Positions 35,284-45,241 of a stretch of 64,000 nt of DNA are shown here, in pieces (positions within the stretch are counted from its first letter, which is position 1; every line of letters begins with the position of its first letter). The notes under the pieces were generated by a model. The model made no database searches. It worked only from the letters and a program-made list of their open reading frames with translations, and had not been told where the DNA came from. Made by a program: the position numbers and the translations under genes. Source of the stretch: a virus (Duplodnaviria > Caudoviricetes); IMG/VR virus record IMGVR_UViG_3300047160_001842, positions 1 through 64,000 of that record; one strand, 5' to 3'.

Positions 35284-36368
35284 GCTACATGGGTCCTGAC
35301 CAGATTCAGGGCAACCTGCCGCCCAACTCGGTTCCTGCCGGTGTGTTGCAGGCCGCGTCTGTTGCGTGGCCGAATCTGACACCTGACGTTCAGTCGTTGT
35401 TCGTCGGGATGAAGAATCGCATCATCAATGGCGATTGCAGAATCGCACAGCGCGGCAACAACGCCTCGTTCGCTGCTGGCATCTCAGGGTTCGGTGGGCC
35501 GGATCGCTTTGGCTGTGCGAATCAGGCTTCAGGCACCTTCGTCCAACAGCAGACTTCGACGTTCACTGTCGGCACAAAGACGAGAACTGGCGTCCAGCAG
35601 TTTGTGTCTGTCGCCGCTGGCGCATTCTCAGCAGGGCAGTACTGGGGCGGCATTCAACAGGTGATCGAAGGCTATAACGCATTCGACCTCATCGGCCAGC
35701 CGGTTGCTATCTCGTTCTGGTTTGGTGCCATTCCAAACGGGACGTATGGTGGAGTTCTGAGAGACGGCACAGGAACCCTCACATTCCCGTTCACGTTCAA
35801 CTACAACGGCGGCGGAACGATGCAACTCGTGTCCGTTTTGGTTCCGGCGATACCTGCAAACGCAGTCGTGCCGATGAACAACGCCAGTGGGCTGATCCTC
35901 ACAATCGGAGCGGTCAGCGGAAACACATTCGTCGCTCCATCGTCTGGTGCTTGGATTGCTGGCAATTACCTCCAGCCGCCTGGTGTGATGAATTGGTCAA
36001 CGGTGGTGAACAACTGGATCGGGTTGACCGATCTTCAGCTTGAGGCTGGCGTCATCTGCACGCCATTCGAACGTCGCCAACAAGGCCTAGAGGTTCTGTT
36101 GTGCCAACGCTACTATCAAGTGATAAGCGACTTCCTGTGCGGCGGATATCAAGGTGCTGGCGGCATTGTGTACGCTGACGCAACCCTGCCGGTTCCGATG
36201 AGAGCTACGCCATCAGGAGTCCTGTTGAATGCAGCAACCTACTTCAACGCCTCTGGATACTCACTCAATTCGGCCAGCAACAGCAAATTCAGGACGTCAA
36301 TAACTATCGGATCGGCAGGATATGGTTATGGGTATGGTGCCTCAATAGGCTTTCTTGCGGAGTTGTAA
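35280..36368 (+). CDS. Putative receptor-binding/fibre protein, paralog 1
   Basis: NRIINGD..I.QRG ... QLEAG..CTPFE ... CQRYY ... PMRATP ... AEL. Confidence 0.8.
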   Translation: MSYMGPDQIQGNLPPNSVPAGVLQAASVAWPNLTPDVQSLFVGMKNRIINGDCRIAQRGNNASFAAGISGFGGPDRFGCANQASGTFVQQQTSTFTVGTKTRTGVQQFVSVAAGAFSAGQYWGGIQQVIEGYNAFDLIGQPVAISFWFGAIPNGTYGGVLRDGTGTLTFPFTFNYNGGGTMQLVSVLVPAIPANAVVPMNNASGLILTIGAVSGNTFVAPSSGAWIAGNYLQPPGVMNWSTVVNNWIGLTDLQLEAGVICTPFERRQQGLEVLLCQRYYQVISDFLCGGYQGAGGIVYADATLPVPMRATPSGVLLNAATYFNASGYSLNSASNSKFRTSITIGSAGYGYGYGASIGFLAEL

Positions 36369-37915
36369 TGTCCTATATCGCAGGCAACCCCAAAGCACTC
36401 GGCACCCGGCAAGTCTGGGAGGGCGCAGCTGTCGCCGGTCAACGCTCCATCGTCATTCCTGGCGGCTTCACCCCAGGAAGCTGCGATGTGTTCGTTGGCG
36501 GCGCAAACCTTCTCAGCTCTGATTACGTCGATAGCGACGGCGGGCAGATTCTCCTCAATTCCGGTATGGCCGCTGGGACGGCGTATCGAGTCGTCCTGAT
36601 GCCGCGCTTCAGTGGTATCGTGCAGAACACGCCGCGACTGATCACGGACGGCGCAGCGACTGCCGGCCAAACGATCATTCCAATCCCTGGCGGCTTCATG
36701 GGCGGCGCAGGGATGACGGATGTTTTCGTCAACGGAATCGCACTCACGGCTGGGGCCGATTACGACGACACCAGCGGCACGCAGATCGTCCTCACGAAGG
36801 GGATGAACGCTGGCATGCAGTTCCGGGTGGCATCCTATGCACCAGGCGTCTCCGTTCAGCCAGTAGGTGGCCAACTAGCTGGCTTCCGCAACAGGATAAT
36901 CAACGGGGCTTGCACGATCAATCAGCGCGGCACACTTAGTTCTGCGAATCCATTCGGCGGTCCTGATCGATACTGGATGCAGGTCAGCGGTGCTGGCGGC
37001 GCGTTCAACCAGTCTCAAGGCACGATCACGTTTGGCGGAGTCGTCAAGCAGGCAGTCGTTCAGACGGTGACCACGCCGGTCGCCGACTTGTCTGCAAGCA
37101 AGTACTGGTCCGGCATAACGCAGTGGATTGAGGGCTTCAACGCCTACGATCTGATCGGCAAGCCGCTGGCCGTTTCGTTCATCTTCCAGGCAAGTATCTC
37201 AGGCAACTACTCGATCAACCTGAGAGACGGAACGGACGCAAATTCTTACGTCACCACGTTCAACGCCGTCGCTGGCGTTCCTCAGAAGGTGACGGTGATT
37301 GTTCCGCCGATTCCGTCTAACGCTGGAATTCCAAACAGTAACAGTCGCGGCTTGGTGATCTGGATCGGCGCGCAGAATGGTGCAACGCTCGTGATGCCAC
37401 CGGCTCAGCTCGGTCAGTGGGTGAACGGCTTGTACCTCACAGCCAACAACATCGTTACCTGGGGCCTCACGAGCGGCGCGACGATTGCCGTGGCCGAGCT
37501 TCAGGTTGAGCCGGGCACTGTCGCAACGCCATTCGAGAACAGGCCATATGGGTTGGAGCTTTCCTTGTGCCAGCGCTACTTCGCAAAGACGTATGGCGTG
37601 GGGCTTCTCCCAGGAAGCGTGAACAGTGTTGGCCAGGTCGGGATTCTCGGCATGTCCACAGGCGCGGCATCATACTGGGGTGTGAATTGGAAGTTCCCAG
37701 TGTCGATGCGCGCTACGCCAAGCGTCACCGTCTATAGCCCATCCACAGGCGCAGCTGGTGTGATGCAACTCGTCGGAACAGGCGACATCGGGGCCGTAGC
37801 AATCAACATCAGTGATTCGGCATCGATGATCCTCATCAACAACGGCAACGTCTACACGCCTGGCAGCGGCAATCCTGCTTACGCACAAGCCATTGCAGTG
37901 GCAGAAGTACCATGA
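36368..37915 (+). CDS. Putative receptor-binding/fibre protein, paralog 2, with two N-terminal repeats
   Basis: Two ~75-aa repeats (IPGGF...DVFV.G..L...DY.D..G.QI.L..GM.AG) then the NRIING domain. Confidence 0.8.
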   Translation: MSYIAGNPKALGTRQVWEGAAVAGQRSIVIPGGFTPGSCDVFVGGANLLSSDYVDSDGGQILLNSGMAAGTAYRVVLMPRFSGIVQNTPRLITDGAATAGQTIIPIPGGFMGGAGMTDVFVNGIALTAGADYDDTSGTQIVLTKGMNAGMQFRVASYAPGVSVQPVGGQLAGFRNRIINGACTINQRGTLSSANPFGGPDRYWMQVSGAGGAFNQSQGTITFGGVVKQAVVQTVTTPVADLSASKYWSGITQWIEGFNAYDLIGKPLAVSFIFQASISGNYSINLRDGTDANSYVTTFNAVAGVPQKVTVIVPPIPSNAGIPNSNSRGLVIWIGAQNGATLVMPPAQLGQWVNGLYLTANNIVTWGLTSGATIAVAELQVEPGTVATPFENRPYGLELSLCQRYFAKTYGVGLLPGSVNSVGQVGILGMSTGAASYWGVNWKFPVSMRATPSVTVYSPSTGAAGVMQLVGTGDIGAVAINISDSASMILINNGNVYTPGSGNPAYAQAIAVAEVP

Positions 37916-38958
37916 CCCAAGCACAATCAGCCGCAGTCGATCTAACCCAAGTGTTCGCGCTTGGCGCGCTGTCGTTTCGCAATCGCATCATCAACGGCGA
38001 CATGCGCATTCCACAGCGCTCGCCGCTCGCCGCTGTTGCCACTACTGGCTGGGCCTATGGGCAGTGTGATCGGTGGTCCTCATACACCAGCGCGCCATCG
38101 ACGGTGGCCAGCATGGCCGCAGCTTCTGGCGGCGTGTTTGGCGTCTCGAATCGCTGGTGGACGAAGTACACCGTGACCACGCCTCCGAGCGATCTGACCG
38201 GCAACAATATGATCGTGCCGTTGTGCCAGATCATCGAGGGCGTCAATTGCTTTGATCTGAACTCCTCTCCGATTGCAATCTCATTCATCTTCAACGCTTT
38301 CGTGGCCGGTCAGTACAGCGTTGCGGTGATGGTCATGGGTAACGGCAACGTAACTCAAGGCGTGTACGTCACGACGTTCAACTATGCGACTGCACAAACG
38401 CCGCAGGTTGTAAAGTTGATCATTCCTCAAATGCCTGGCAGCTTCGCCCTCGCAAATGACAGCGGCAACGGCATCAGGCTATCGATCGGCGCGATCAATA
38501 CAGGAAACTTTCAAGCCTCTGCGCCACAAGTGAACAGTTGGGTTCCTGGCAGCGGCGCGTACTCTGCGCCTGGCAACGTCAACTGGGCGGCCAATGCAAA
38601 CAACTGGGTCATGCTGACTGACGCTCAGCTGGAGATGGGTGCTGTTTGCACACCGTTCGAACGCAGGCCGCAGAGCGTGGAGTACGCGCTGTGCCAGAGA
38701 TACTATCAAACGGCTCGCGGCGAGTTGGGTGCGTATGCCCCATCTGGCGGAACGATCACAGGCTACATGAACTTCATGACGATCATGCGCGCATCGCCAA
38801 CTGCTGCAGTCGTTGGAAGCGTCTCCTACAACAACACCAGCGGCTATGTCGTGGACACCGCCACTCCGACAGGATACCGTGTGTATGCTCTCGTCACGAC
38901 TGCCGGTGTCGGATTCGTCACGGGCACAAGCCTATCTTTCAACGCGGAGCTATCATGA
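37912..38958 (+). CDS. Putative receptor-binding/fibre protein, paralog 3
   Basis: FRNRIINGDMRIPQR ... QLEMGAVCTPFERRP ... CQRYY. Confidence 0.8.
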   Translation: MTQAQSAAVDLTQVFALGALSFRNRIINGDMRIPQRSPLAAVATTGWAYGQCDRWSSYTSAPSTVASMAAASGGVFGVSNRWWTKYTVTTPPSDLTGNNMIVPLCQIIEGVNCFDLNSSPIAISFIFNAFVAGQYSVAVMVMGNGNVTQGVYVTTFNYATAQTPQVVKLIIPQMPGSFALANDSGNGIRLSIGAINTGNFQASAPQVNSWVPGSGAYSAPGNVNWAANANNWVMLTDAQLEMGAVCTPFERRPQSVEYALCQRYYQTARGELGAYAPSGGTITGYMNFMTIMRASPTAAVVGSVSYNNTSGYVVDTATPTGYRVYALVTTAGVGFVTGTSLSFNAELS

Positions 38959-39140
38959 CCAAGAAGTACACCATCCAGAAACATCTCATGGGTGAAGTCA
39001 TCATCCTGGAAGAGGACGATCAGCCTACCAAGTTCATTCCTTTTGACGAAGGCAACATGGACTATGTCGCCTATCTCGCTTGGGTTGCAGAAGGCAACAC
39101 AGCGCCTGTGAACGATATCACCCCGCCGCCTGCCGCTTAA
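38955..39140 (+). CDS. Small fibre-associated protein
   Basis: FIPFDEGNMDYVAYLAWVAEGNT motif. Confidence 0.75.
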   Translation: MTKKYTIQKHLMGEVIILEEDDQPTKFIPFDEGNMDYVAYLAWVAEGNTAPVNDITPPPAA

Positions 39141-39142
39141 TC

Positions 39143-40117
39143 ATGAGCCAAGCCCAAGACCTCGCCACGTTGTCGCAGTTGTTCTCTGCGCGTGCAGTTC
39201 CTTTCCGGAATCGCATTATCAACGGGGACCACCGCGTCAACCAGCGCGGCGGTGGCGCCACTGTCGTCGACTCGTATTCGTATGTCGTTGACCGTTGGTA
39301 CGTGGCGGCGAATGGCGCGGCAGTAACGGCAAACAACAATGGCGGCGCGGTCGGCGCAGCTGCACAAAGCCTCGTCGCAAACGGCGCGGCAGGGAACACA
39401 AACGTCAGCATCGGCCAACGTATCGAGTCGCGCAATATCCAAGACCTTGCTGGGCAGAAAGTCACGCTTTCCGGATATCTCTACGCCACGCAGGCGCTGC
39501 AACCCGTCCTGACGCTGAACACACCTACGGCACAGGACAACTTCGCCTCGATGAACGTCGTCGCTGGCCCGGCCTTGCCGCTGATCGTGCCGAATGCCTG
39601 GAATTATTTCCGCGTCACCGCGACACTTGCCGCGAGCGCGTCGAATGGGCTACAGGTTGACTTCTCGTCCGGCGGCGCGGTGGGTGCCGGCGTCTCATAC
39701 GCCATCGGCGCGATCCAGTTGGAGGCAGGGGAAAACCTTAACCCAGGCTTCGAGATCATCCCATTCTCGGAGTCTCTGGCTCGCTGCCAGCGGTACTTCT
39801 TCAGCAGCTATCCTGTAGGCTCTTTCGTCGGAGCCAATGACATCGTCAATGCCATGCGCGGAATCGCCATGGACGCCAACAACATCGTAATGTTCAACCG
39901 TCTGCCAGTTCCGATGAGGGTGGCGCCGAGTGTGAGCATATTCAACCCAAGTAACGGAACGGCAAACCAGGCGCGCAATTCTGCTTCCGGTGCAGCCGCC
40001 GGGATCACAGGAGTCAACCCTTCTGCACTGGCCGGTGCCTACAGCTTGACGAGTTCAGGCGGCTTCACGGCGGGCAACCCATATGACTTTCACATCTACG
40101 CCAGCGCGGAGTTGTAA
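39143..40117 (+). CDS. Putative receptor-binding/fibre protein, paralog 4
   Basis: FRNRIINGDHRVNQRG ... QLEAG ... CQRYF ... PMRVAP ... AEL. Confidence 0.8.
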   Translation: MSQAQDLATLSQLFSARAVPFRNRIINGDHRVNQRGGGATVVDSYSYVVDRWYVAANGAAVTANNNGGAVGAAAQSLVANGAAGNTNVSIGQRIESRNIQDLAGQKVTLSGYLYATQALQPVLTLNTPTAQDNFASMNVVAGPALPLIVPNAWNYFRVTATLAASASNGLQVDFSSGGAVGAGVSYAIGAIQLEAGENLNPGFEIIPFSESLARCQRYFFSSYPVGSFVGANDIVNAMRGIAMDANNIVMFNRLPVPMRVAPSVSIFNPSNGTANQARNSASGAAAGITGVNPSALAGAYSLTSSGGFTAGNPYDFHIYASAEL

Positions 40118-40128
40118 AGGAGAATGCC

Positions 40129-40305
40129 ATGGTCCAGTCGATTCTCATCACGCTCGTTCTCGCAATCCGCAGACTCCGCCGCGCGTTGAACCTTCCGACT
40201 GCCGACCTATCGAAACGTGAAGGCCCAGTGTCCAATGGCGTCCGCGTCGCAGAGGAGGCTCTGGGCGTTACGCAACCGCAGTCGCTGGACAAGGACAAGC
40301 AGTGA
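40129..40305 (+). CDS. 58-aa protein with N-terminal hydrophobic segment and basic patch, possible lysis regulator
   Basis: MVQSILITLVLAIRRLRRAL...; AGGAG RBS; GTGA overlap with endolysin. Confidence 0.55.
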   Translation: MVQSILITLVLAIRRLRRALNLPTADLSKREGPVSNGVRVAEEALGVTQPQSLDKDKQ

Positions 40306-40802
40306 ACACAGGACCATACCTCAAGGCCATCGGGCACTACTATGAGAACCTCAAGAACAAGGCTTATCCCGATCCTGCTACTGGCGGCGATCCTTGGACT
40401 TGCGGCATCGGATGCACGGGCGTCGATTCAGAAGGCAACCAGATCACAAAGGATACCTACTGGGACGACGACAAAGCCCTGTTCGAGTATGCCCACCGCA
40501 TCGATAAAGAGTTTGGCCCCGGAGTCTCCAAGGTTGTTCGCACCCCTCTCAATCAGAAAGAGTACGACATGCTGGTGGACCTTGCGTTCAACATCGGCAT
40601 TCCTAACTTCAACTCCAGCACGCTCCTCCGCAAGCTGAACGCAGGCGACCGTGCAGGCGCGGCTGAACAGTTCCTCGTGTGGAACAAGGGCGGCGGGAAG
40701 GTGATGAAGGGGCTGCAACGCCGCAGGTGGGCAGAGCGCCACGTGTTCCTCGGCGGCGAACCGGCAGACGGTATCGCAGAGGCGTTGGCGAAGTACCCTT
40801 GA
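40302..40802 (+). CDS. Endolysin, GH24 lysozyme
   Basis: YENLKNKAYPDPATGGDPWTCGIG; AFNIG..NF.SSTLLRKLN; GLQRRR.AE. Confidence 0.92.
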   Translation: MNTGPYLKAIGHYYENLKNKAYPDPATGGDPWTCGIGCTGVDSEGNQITKDTYWDDDKALFEYAHRIDKEFGPGVSKVVRTPLNQKEYDMLVDLAFNIGIPNFNSSTLLRKLNAGDRAGAAEQFLVWNKGGGKVMKGLQRRRWAERHVFLGGEPADGIAEALAKYP

Positions 40803-40815
40803 AAGTTGTGTCCTC

Positions 40816-40838
40816 GAACACCCAGGCAACGGTAGACT
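40816..40838 (+). promoter_or_regulatory. GAACAC-N11-TAGACT late-type promoter variant
   Basis: ATG 7 nt after the -10; no SD. Confidence 0.45.
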
Positions 40839-40845
40839 AGGCGCC

Positions 40846-41247
40846 ATGAATATCGAGCTGTGCACGCCAAACGGCACCGTCCGCCGAGTCGCAATAGAAC
40901 AGTTCGGTGCAATGGACGGGTGGGACATTCAAGAGCGCTTCGTCAGGTTTGCCGCAAGCAAAGACGCCAAGCTGCGGAAAGAGTACACAATGGAAGTGCT
41001 CAAGTACGCGACAATCCTCACCGCTGATGGCGGCAAATTGCCTCTGACAACGGACGCACTCATCAACAATCACCTTGGCTCTTGGGAGAACGTTCGTGAC
41101 GTCTTCGAAGAAGTCTTGCGGCAGAACGGGATCAAACCCGCAGAACACTGCCGTCGCGCAAACTACTGGGTGGATGCCGGATCGGCCATGGCCACCTCGT
41201 TCGTTGCCGAAGTCTCAATCAAGATCAACGAATTCGTTAAGAGATGA
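40846..41247 (+). CDS. Tail assembly chaperone-like protein
   Basis: Upstream of tape measure; paralog of 41244. Confidence 0.7.
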   Translation: MNIELCTPNGTVRRVAIEQFGAMDGWDIQERFVRFAASKDAKLRKEYTMEVLKYATILTADGGKLPLTTDALINNHLGSWENVRDVFEEVLRQNGIKPAEHCRRANYWVDAGSAMATSFVAEVSIKINEFVKR

Positions 41248-41672
41248 CCGACCTCGCCACAAACCAAATTTCGGTGACCACCAGCGCTGGTGACCGTATC
41301 GTCACACTCAATGTCTTTCCGGCACTGGAAGGATTCGAGCTTGACCGCCGATATCGCACAGACTACAAGGTCCAGCCGGATCGCCACGTGCGGCGAGAGT
41401 ACACGCTGGCCGTCCTCTCCCACGCCGAGTGCAATGGCGCGTCTCTGGCCACTCCTGACCACATCAACGCATCTCTGGAGAGCTGGAAGAATGTCGAAGC
41501 GGTGTTCCAGGCGGTGCTCAATTTCAACGGCGTCGATCTGGAGCTTGAAGAGGAGAAAGCGCGGTGGTTTGAGTATGCTGGCTCTGAGCTTGCCGCGACG
41601 TTCATTGCAACGACGACGCAACTCATGGGTCCTTTCCTGACGACCCTTGAGGAGCCAACGTCAAATGGCTGA
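41244..41672 (+). CDS. Tail assembly chaperone-like protein
   Basis: R.EYT..VL, IN..L.SW.NV..VF..VL..NG and AG...A..F shared with 40846. Confidence 0.7.
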   Translation: MTDLATNQISVTTSAGDRIVTLNVFPALEGFELDRRYRTDYKVQPDRHVRREYTLAVLSHAECNGASLATPDHINASLESWKNVEAVFQAVLNFNGVDLELEEEKARWFEYAGSELAATFIATTTQLMGPFLTTLEEPTSNG

Positions 41673-43788
41673 TAATGTCGAAGAGTTCATCCTCAAGTAC
41701 AACGTTGACGTAGCGGAGACGCTGCGGCGACTCGACGCACTCAACAGTAAGCTCGACAAGACCGGTCAGAAGGCCAAGCAGAGTGTCGGCGGACTCGGCA
41801 CTGAGATAAAGACCGTTGCCAAGGAATTCGTCGCGGCTGGCGCGGCGATCTATGGCGCGTGGATGACCATCAGCAAGGGCATCAGGATTGCTACGGAGGC
41901 GATGAAGGACTACAACGAGCAATACTTGTTGTCCCGTCGCTCCGGTGTCGGCACACTCGCGCTGGAGGGGGTGAGTCAGAACATGTCTCGGGCGTCCGGA
42001 GGGTTTGTTGGCCGCGCGGCGTCCAGACAGGCCCTGGAAGCCATCAGCAGTGTGGTGAACCAAGCATACACCGACCCCACCCGCATGAACATGCAGAACG
42101 TCAAGTTGCGCATGATGGGTATCTCTCCGACCGGCAAGAATGGCCTGGTGGCGAACTCCGGCGAAGTTATGGACCAGCTGTCGAAACGCTGGTCAACGAT
42201 GACGAAAGAGATGGCGCAAGCAGAGGGTGAATTGCTTGGCCTCACGCCGCAGGCCACGGATGCCATGCGCGCCCTCGCCGGTTCCGTAACGGACACCACC
42301 AACGTAACACTCGTGGCGGCAAAGCGCCAACAGGAAGCCGCAGAAGCCGCAAAGAAGCTCAACGATGCCACCGAAGGCTTCTCAACGGACATTCAAACGA
42401 TCACGAAGGTCATCACAGACGAGTTGATGAAGCCGCTCGCGGACGCGGCGAAGAAGCTGCAAGGCAGCTCTCACTCGTTCGCCACGAAGTTGAATGACGA
42501 AGGATCGAAGGGCTTCACCCAGCACGCCGGTCGCTACTTCCAAGAGGTTTGGAAGCGCATCAAGGCAGGCGAAGGTCTGCCAACCGATCTGAAGGACCAA
42601 GAAGCCCTATGGGACAAGACGAAAGAGCAGAAGTCTGAAGCTCAGGTCAAGGAAGAGGCAAACCAAGTCAAACAAATCACCGACGAGCAGCGGAAAGCCG
42701 CCGACATTCAGCACGAAGCCGCGCAGAAGCAACAGCTCACGGCGAATCAATTTGCAATGGCCGTCGCGGCCATGCCCGGTTCCATCTCGATGCAACAGGC
42801 CATCGCGGCGTGGGCCGGAGAAGCGGCTAAGGGGGCTACCTCGGGAGGCGCGGGAAGTCCCAGCGGAACACTTTCTAGTGGAGGCGCGGCGGGTAAGGGC
42901 GGCGGAGCGGGCGGGCACGGGCCGGTAGTTGAAGCCTTGATGTCGCACGGATGGACGCAGGAACAGGCCATCGGTATCGCAGCCAATCTCAAGCATGAGA
43001 GTAACTTCGATCCCACCGCAGTCGGCGACAGCGGCAAGGCATATGGCATCGCCCAGTGGCATCCGGATCGTCAGGCGAAGTTCAAAGAGTTGTACGGCAA
43101 GGACATTCGCGGCTCCACGATGCAGGAGCAGGTTGCCTTCGTGAACTGGGAGCTGCGGAACACTGAGAAGGGCGCGGGCGACCGTCTCGCCAACGCTCGT
43201 GGTGCAGGTGAAGCCGCGTCGATTGTCTCGCAGTACTACGAGAGGCCCGCAGACCGGATGGGCGAAGCCGCGCGACGTGCAGCAACGGCTCAAGGGATGG
43301 CTCCTACTCCTCGTGGACGGTTCGGCTTGAGCGAAGCGCAGCGCTGGCAGACGGGCGCGTCAATCGCAAACCAAATCCACATGAGCCCAGAGCAGTTCAT
43401 GCGCGAGACGGCCTCCGGAAAGGGTGTTACGTCAGGGGATGTTCAGTACGGCATTGATGCCCAGCGGAAGGGCATGATCAACAACATCTACCGGCTGGAG
43501 AATGAGATCAAAGCCTACGAAGCCGCAGGCAAGCCGCAGATGATGCATCAGAAGGAGCAGGAGCTGTTTGCGATGAAGCAGCAAATGCGCGGCTTTGAGC
43601 AGTACGCCGGTGGCTTCCTGGACACTGCAAAGGTGGGCGGCGCTCAACGGACAGAAGGCATGCCGCCAATCCAAATCATCGTCAACGGAACAACTGATCC
43701 GCGCTCCGTGGCAGAGCACGTGAAGCAAGTCCTCGGACAGGAGATGCACAAAGTCGTCAACGACACAAGCAGAAAGCACGTGTCATGA
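41665..43788 (+). CDS. Tape measure protein with phage-tail lysozyme domain
   Basis: Helical Ala/Lys/Gln-rich; GIAANLKHESNFDPTAVGDSGKAYGIAQWH...YYERPAD. Confidence 0.88.
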   Translation: MADNVEEFILKYNVDVAETLRRLDALNSKLDKTGQKAKQSVGGLGTEIKTVAKEFVAAGAAIYGAWMTISKGIRIATEAMKDYNEQYLLSRRSGVGTLALEGVSQNMSRASGGFVGRAASRQALEAISSVVNQAYTDPTRMNMQNVKLRMMGISPTGKNGLVANSGEVMDQLSKRWSTMTKEMAQAEGELLGLTPQATDAMRALAGSVTDTTNVTLVAAKRQQEAAEAAKKLNDATEGFSTDIQTITKVITDELMKPLADAAKKLQGSSHSFATKLNDEGSKGFTQHAGRYFQEVWKRIKAGEGLPTDLKDQEALWDKTKEQKSEAQVKEEANQVKQITDEQRKAADIQHEAAQKQQLTANQFAMAVAAMPGSISMQQAIAAWAGEAAKGATSGGAGSPSGTLSSGGAAGKGGGAGGHGPVVEALMSHGWTQEQAIGIAANLKHESNFDPTAVGDSGKAYGIAQWHPDRQAKFKELYGKDIRGSTMQEQVAFVNWELRNTEKGAGDRLANARGAGEAASIVSQYYERPADRMGEAARRAATAQGMAPTPRGRFGLSEAQRWQTGASIANQIHMSPEQFMRETASGKGVTSGDVQYGIDAQRKGMINNIYRLENEIKAYEAAGKPQMMHQKEQELFAMKQQMRGFEQYAGGFLDTAKVGGAQRTEGMPPIQIIVNGTTDPRSVAEHVKQVLGQEMHKVVNDTSRKHVS

Positions 43789-44333
43789 GGCAAACCAAAG
43801 AGATCAAGTTGTTCGGGCAGCGCTATCGCCTCTCGCAGATATCTGCGGCAGAGGGCTTCCGGTACATGAATGTGAAGCGCGATGCCACTGACGAGTTGAT
43901 GGCGTTGATTGATGAGACGGCGATCTACGTGGGGGGCCAGTGGCAGCGGCTGACGAAAGAGAACATCGACAACTACGTCAAAGATGCAATCGACGTCATG
44001 CAGCCGCGACTGGTGCTCAAGGCTCTGGTTAAAGAGTTGAATGACTATAACTTCGGCTTCCTCAACACTCGCAAGACCTTCCGCGTCCCATCCTATCTGC
44101 GGCCTGATCATGACTATGAAGTGCGGCAAATCGAGGGCGAGAGTCCGGTGATGGGTGTTCTTATCTCGGAGGGCAAGGCCACTCTCCGTGAGCTTCAGGA
44201 GTATTACTCACTGGAGGATGCCTTCAAGATTTACGACATCCTGTTCGTTGAGAAGCTGAACAGCGCAGAAGCGCACCACGAAGCAGTCAAGAAGACGAAG
44301 TCCAAGAGCGGGAAGTCAACTCATGCCTATTAA
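43785..44333 (+). CDS. Tail chaperone-like protein with gpT-like C-terminus
   Basis: SAAEG near N-terminus; GKATLRELQEYYSLEDAFKIYDIL. Confidence 0.65.
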   Translation: MRQTKEIKLFGQRYRLSQISAAEGFRYMNVKRDATDELMALIDETAIYVGGQWQRLTKENIDNYVKDAIDVMQPRLVLKALVKELNDYNFGFLNTRKTFRVPSYLRPDHDYEVRQIEGESPVMGVLISEGKATLRELQEYYSLEDAFKIYDILFVEKLNSAEAHHEAVKKTKSKSGKSTHAY

Positions 44334-45198
44334 GAAGCGTCGAATCAAGGTCACGCTAGACATGCAGGATGGCCAGCTGGTGCTGGACGAGTCGTTGGAG
44401 CTTCGCGTTGCCATCCACAAGGACTGCCTCTCGATGCAGGCGACCTGCGACATCGATGTAGTCAACCTTACCGTTAGCCAACGTGAGTATCTGCTAACGA
44501 ACTTCAGCGCTTGGAATGTCCGGTTGGCCCAGACCGGAGTCACAACCAATCCGGTGTACGTCAACGTCAAGGTGGAAGTCGGCTACGACAACGACACGGC
44601 ATTGGTATTCACCGGGCAAGTCGTTGAGACATCGCTTGTGTCGCCGCCGCCGAACGTTTGTGTGCGCCTTCACTGCGCATCGCGGCAGATCGACAAGACA
44701 AAGGACACCGCGCAGCCGCCATCGTCCAGTGTCACGACCTTCAAAGAGTACGTCCAATGGGCGGCGGACCAGATGGGTGTTTCGCAAGCGGACTGCCAGA
44801 CCACGCATGACGACGAGGTGATCCCAGGCATGTTCCGATCTGCATATGACGTGCAGGCTCTGATCTGGGCCATCCAGTCGGCGTTCGATCCTCACGTGGT
44901 GGCTTACATCGACAACGACCGACTGACGGTGCGTGAGATAAACGTGCCGCTTGCTGAAGAAGGCATTGTGAACGTCAATGAGTTCATCGGCATTCCAACT
45001 TGGACCTCGTATGGATCGACATTCACAGCCCTCTTCGATCACCGCATTCATTTGGGCGGCTTGGTTAAGCTCCACAGCTCCATGAACCCAAGTCTGAATG
45101 TGACGAATTCGTGGCTGGTGTTCGGGATCGATTACGAGCTTTCCAGCCGTCACGAGTCCTTCTACAACCGCGTGACTTGCTATCTGCCGGCCTCCTGA
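44323..45198 (+). CDS. Baseplate hub protein
   Basis: VKVEVGY...LVFTGQV; I.LGGLVKLHS. Confidence 0.8.
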   Translation: MPIKKRRIKVTLDMQDGQLVLDESLELRVAIHKDCLSMQATCDIDVVNLTVSQREYLLTNFSAWNVRLAQTGVTTNPVYVNVKVEVGYDNDTALVFTGQVVETSLVSPPPNVCVRLHCASRQIDKTKDTAQPPSSSVTTFKEYVQWAADQMGVSQADCQTTHDDEVIPGMFRSAYDVQALIWAIQSAFDPHVVAYIDNDRLTVREINVPLAEEGIVNVNEFIGIPTWTSYGSTFTALFDHRIHLGGLVKLHSSMNPSLNVTNSWLVFGIDYELSSRHESFYNRVTCYLPAS

Positions 45199-45207
45199 GA
45201 GGCGTGT

Positions 45208-45231
45208 CCACAGGTACATTCGACATATACT
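45208..45231 (+). promoter_or_regulatory. CCACAG-N12-TATACT late-type promoter variant
   Basis: Followed by CGACGGCGAC-ATG, matching ACACGGCGAC-ATG at 23603. Confidence 0.55.
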
Positions 45232-45241
45232 CGACGGCGAC

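Noticed and set aside
35280-40117. Fibre paralogs as a diversity-generating retroelement or invertible cassette
   Set aside because: No reverse transcriptase or invertase in the window, no near-identical TR/VR pair differing at adenines, no inverted crossover sites seen.
41200-41260. Programmed frameshift between tail chaperones
   Set aside because: No slippery heptamer seen; genes are ATGA-coupled with separate starts.
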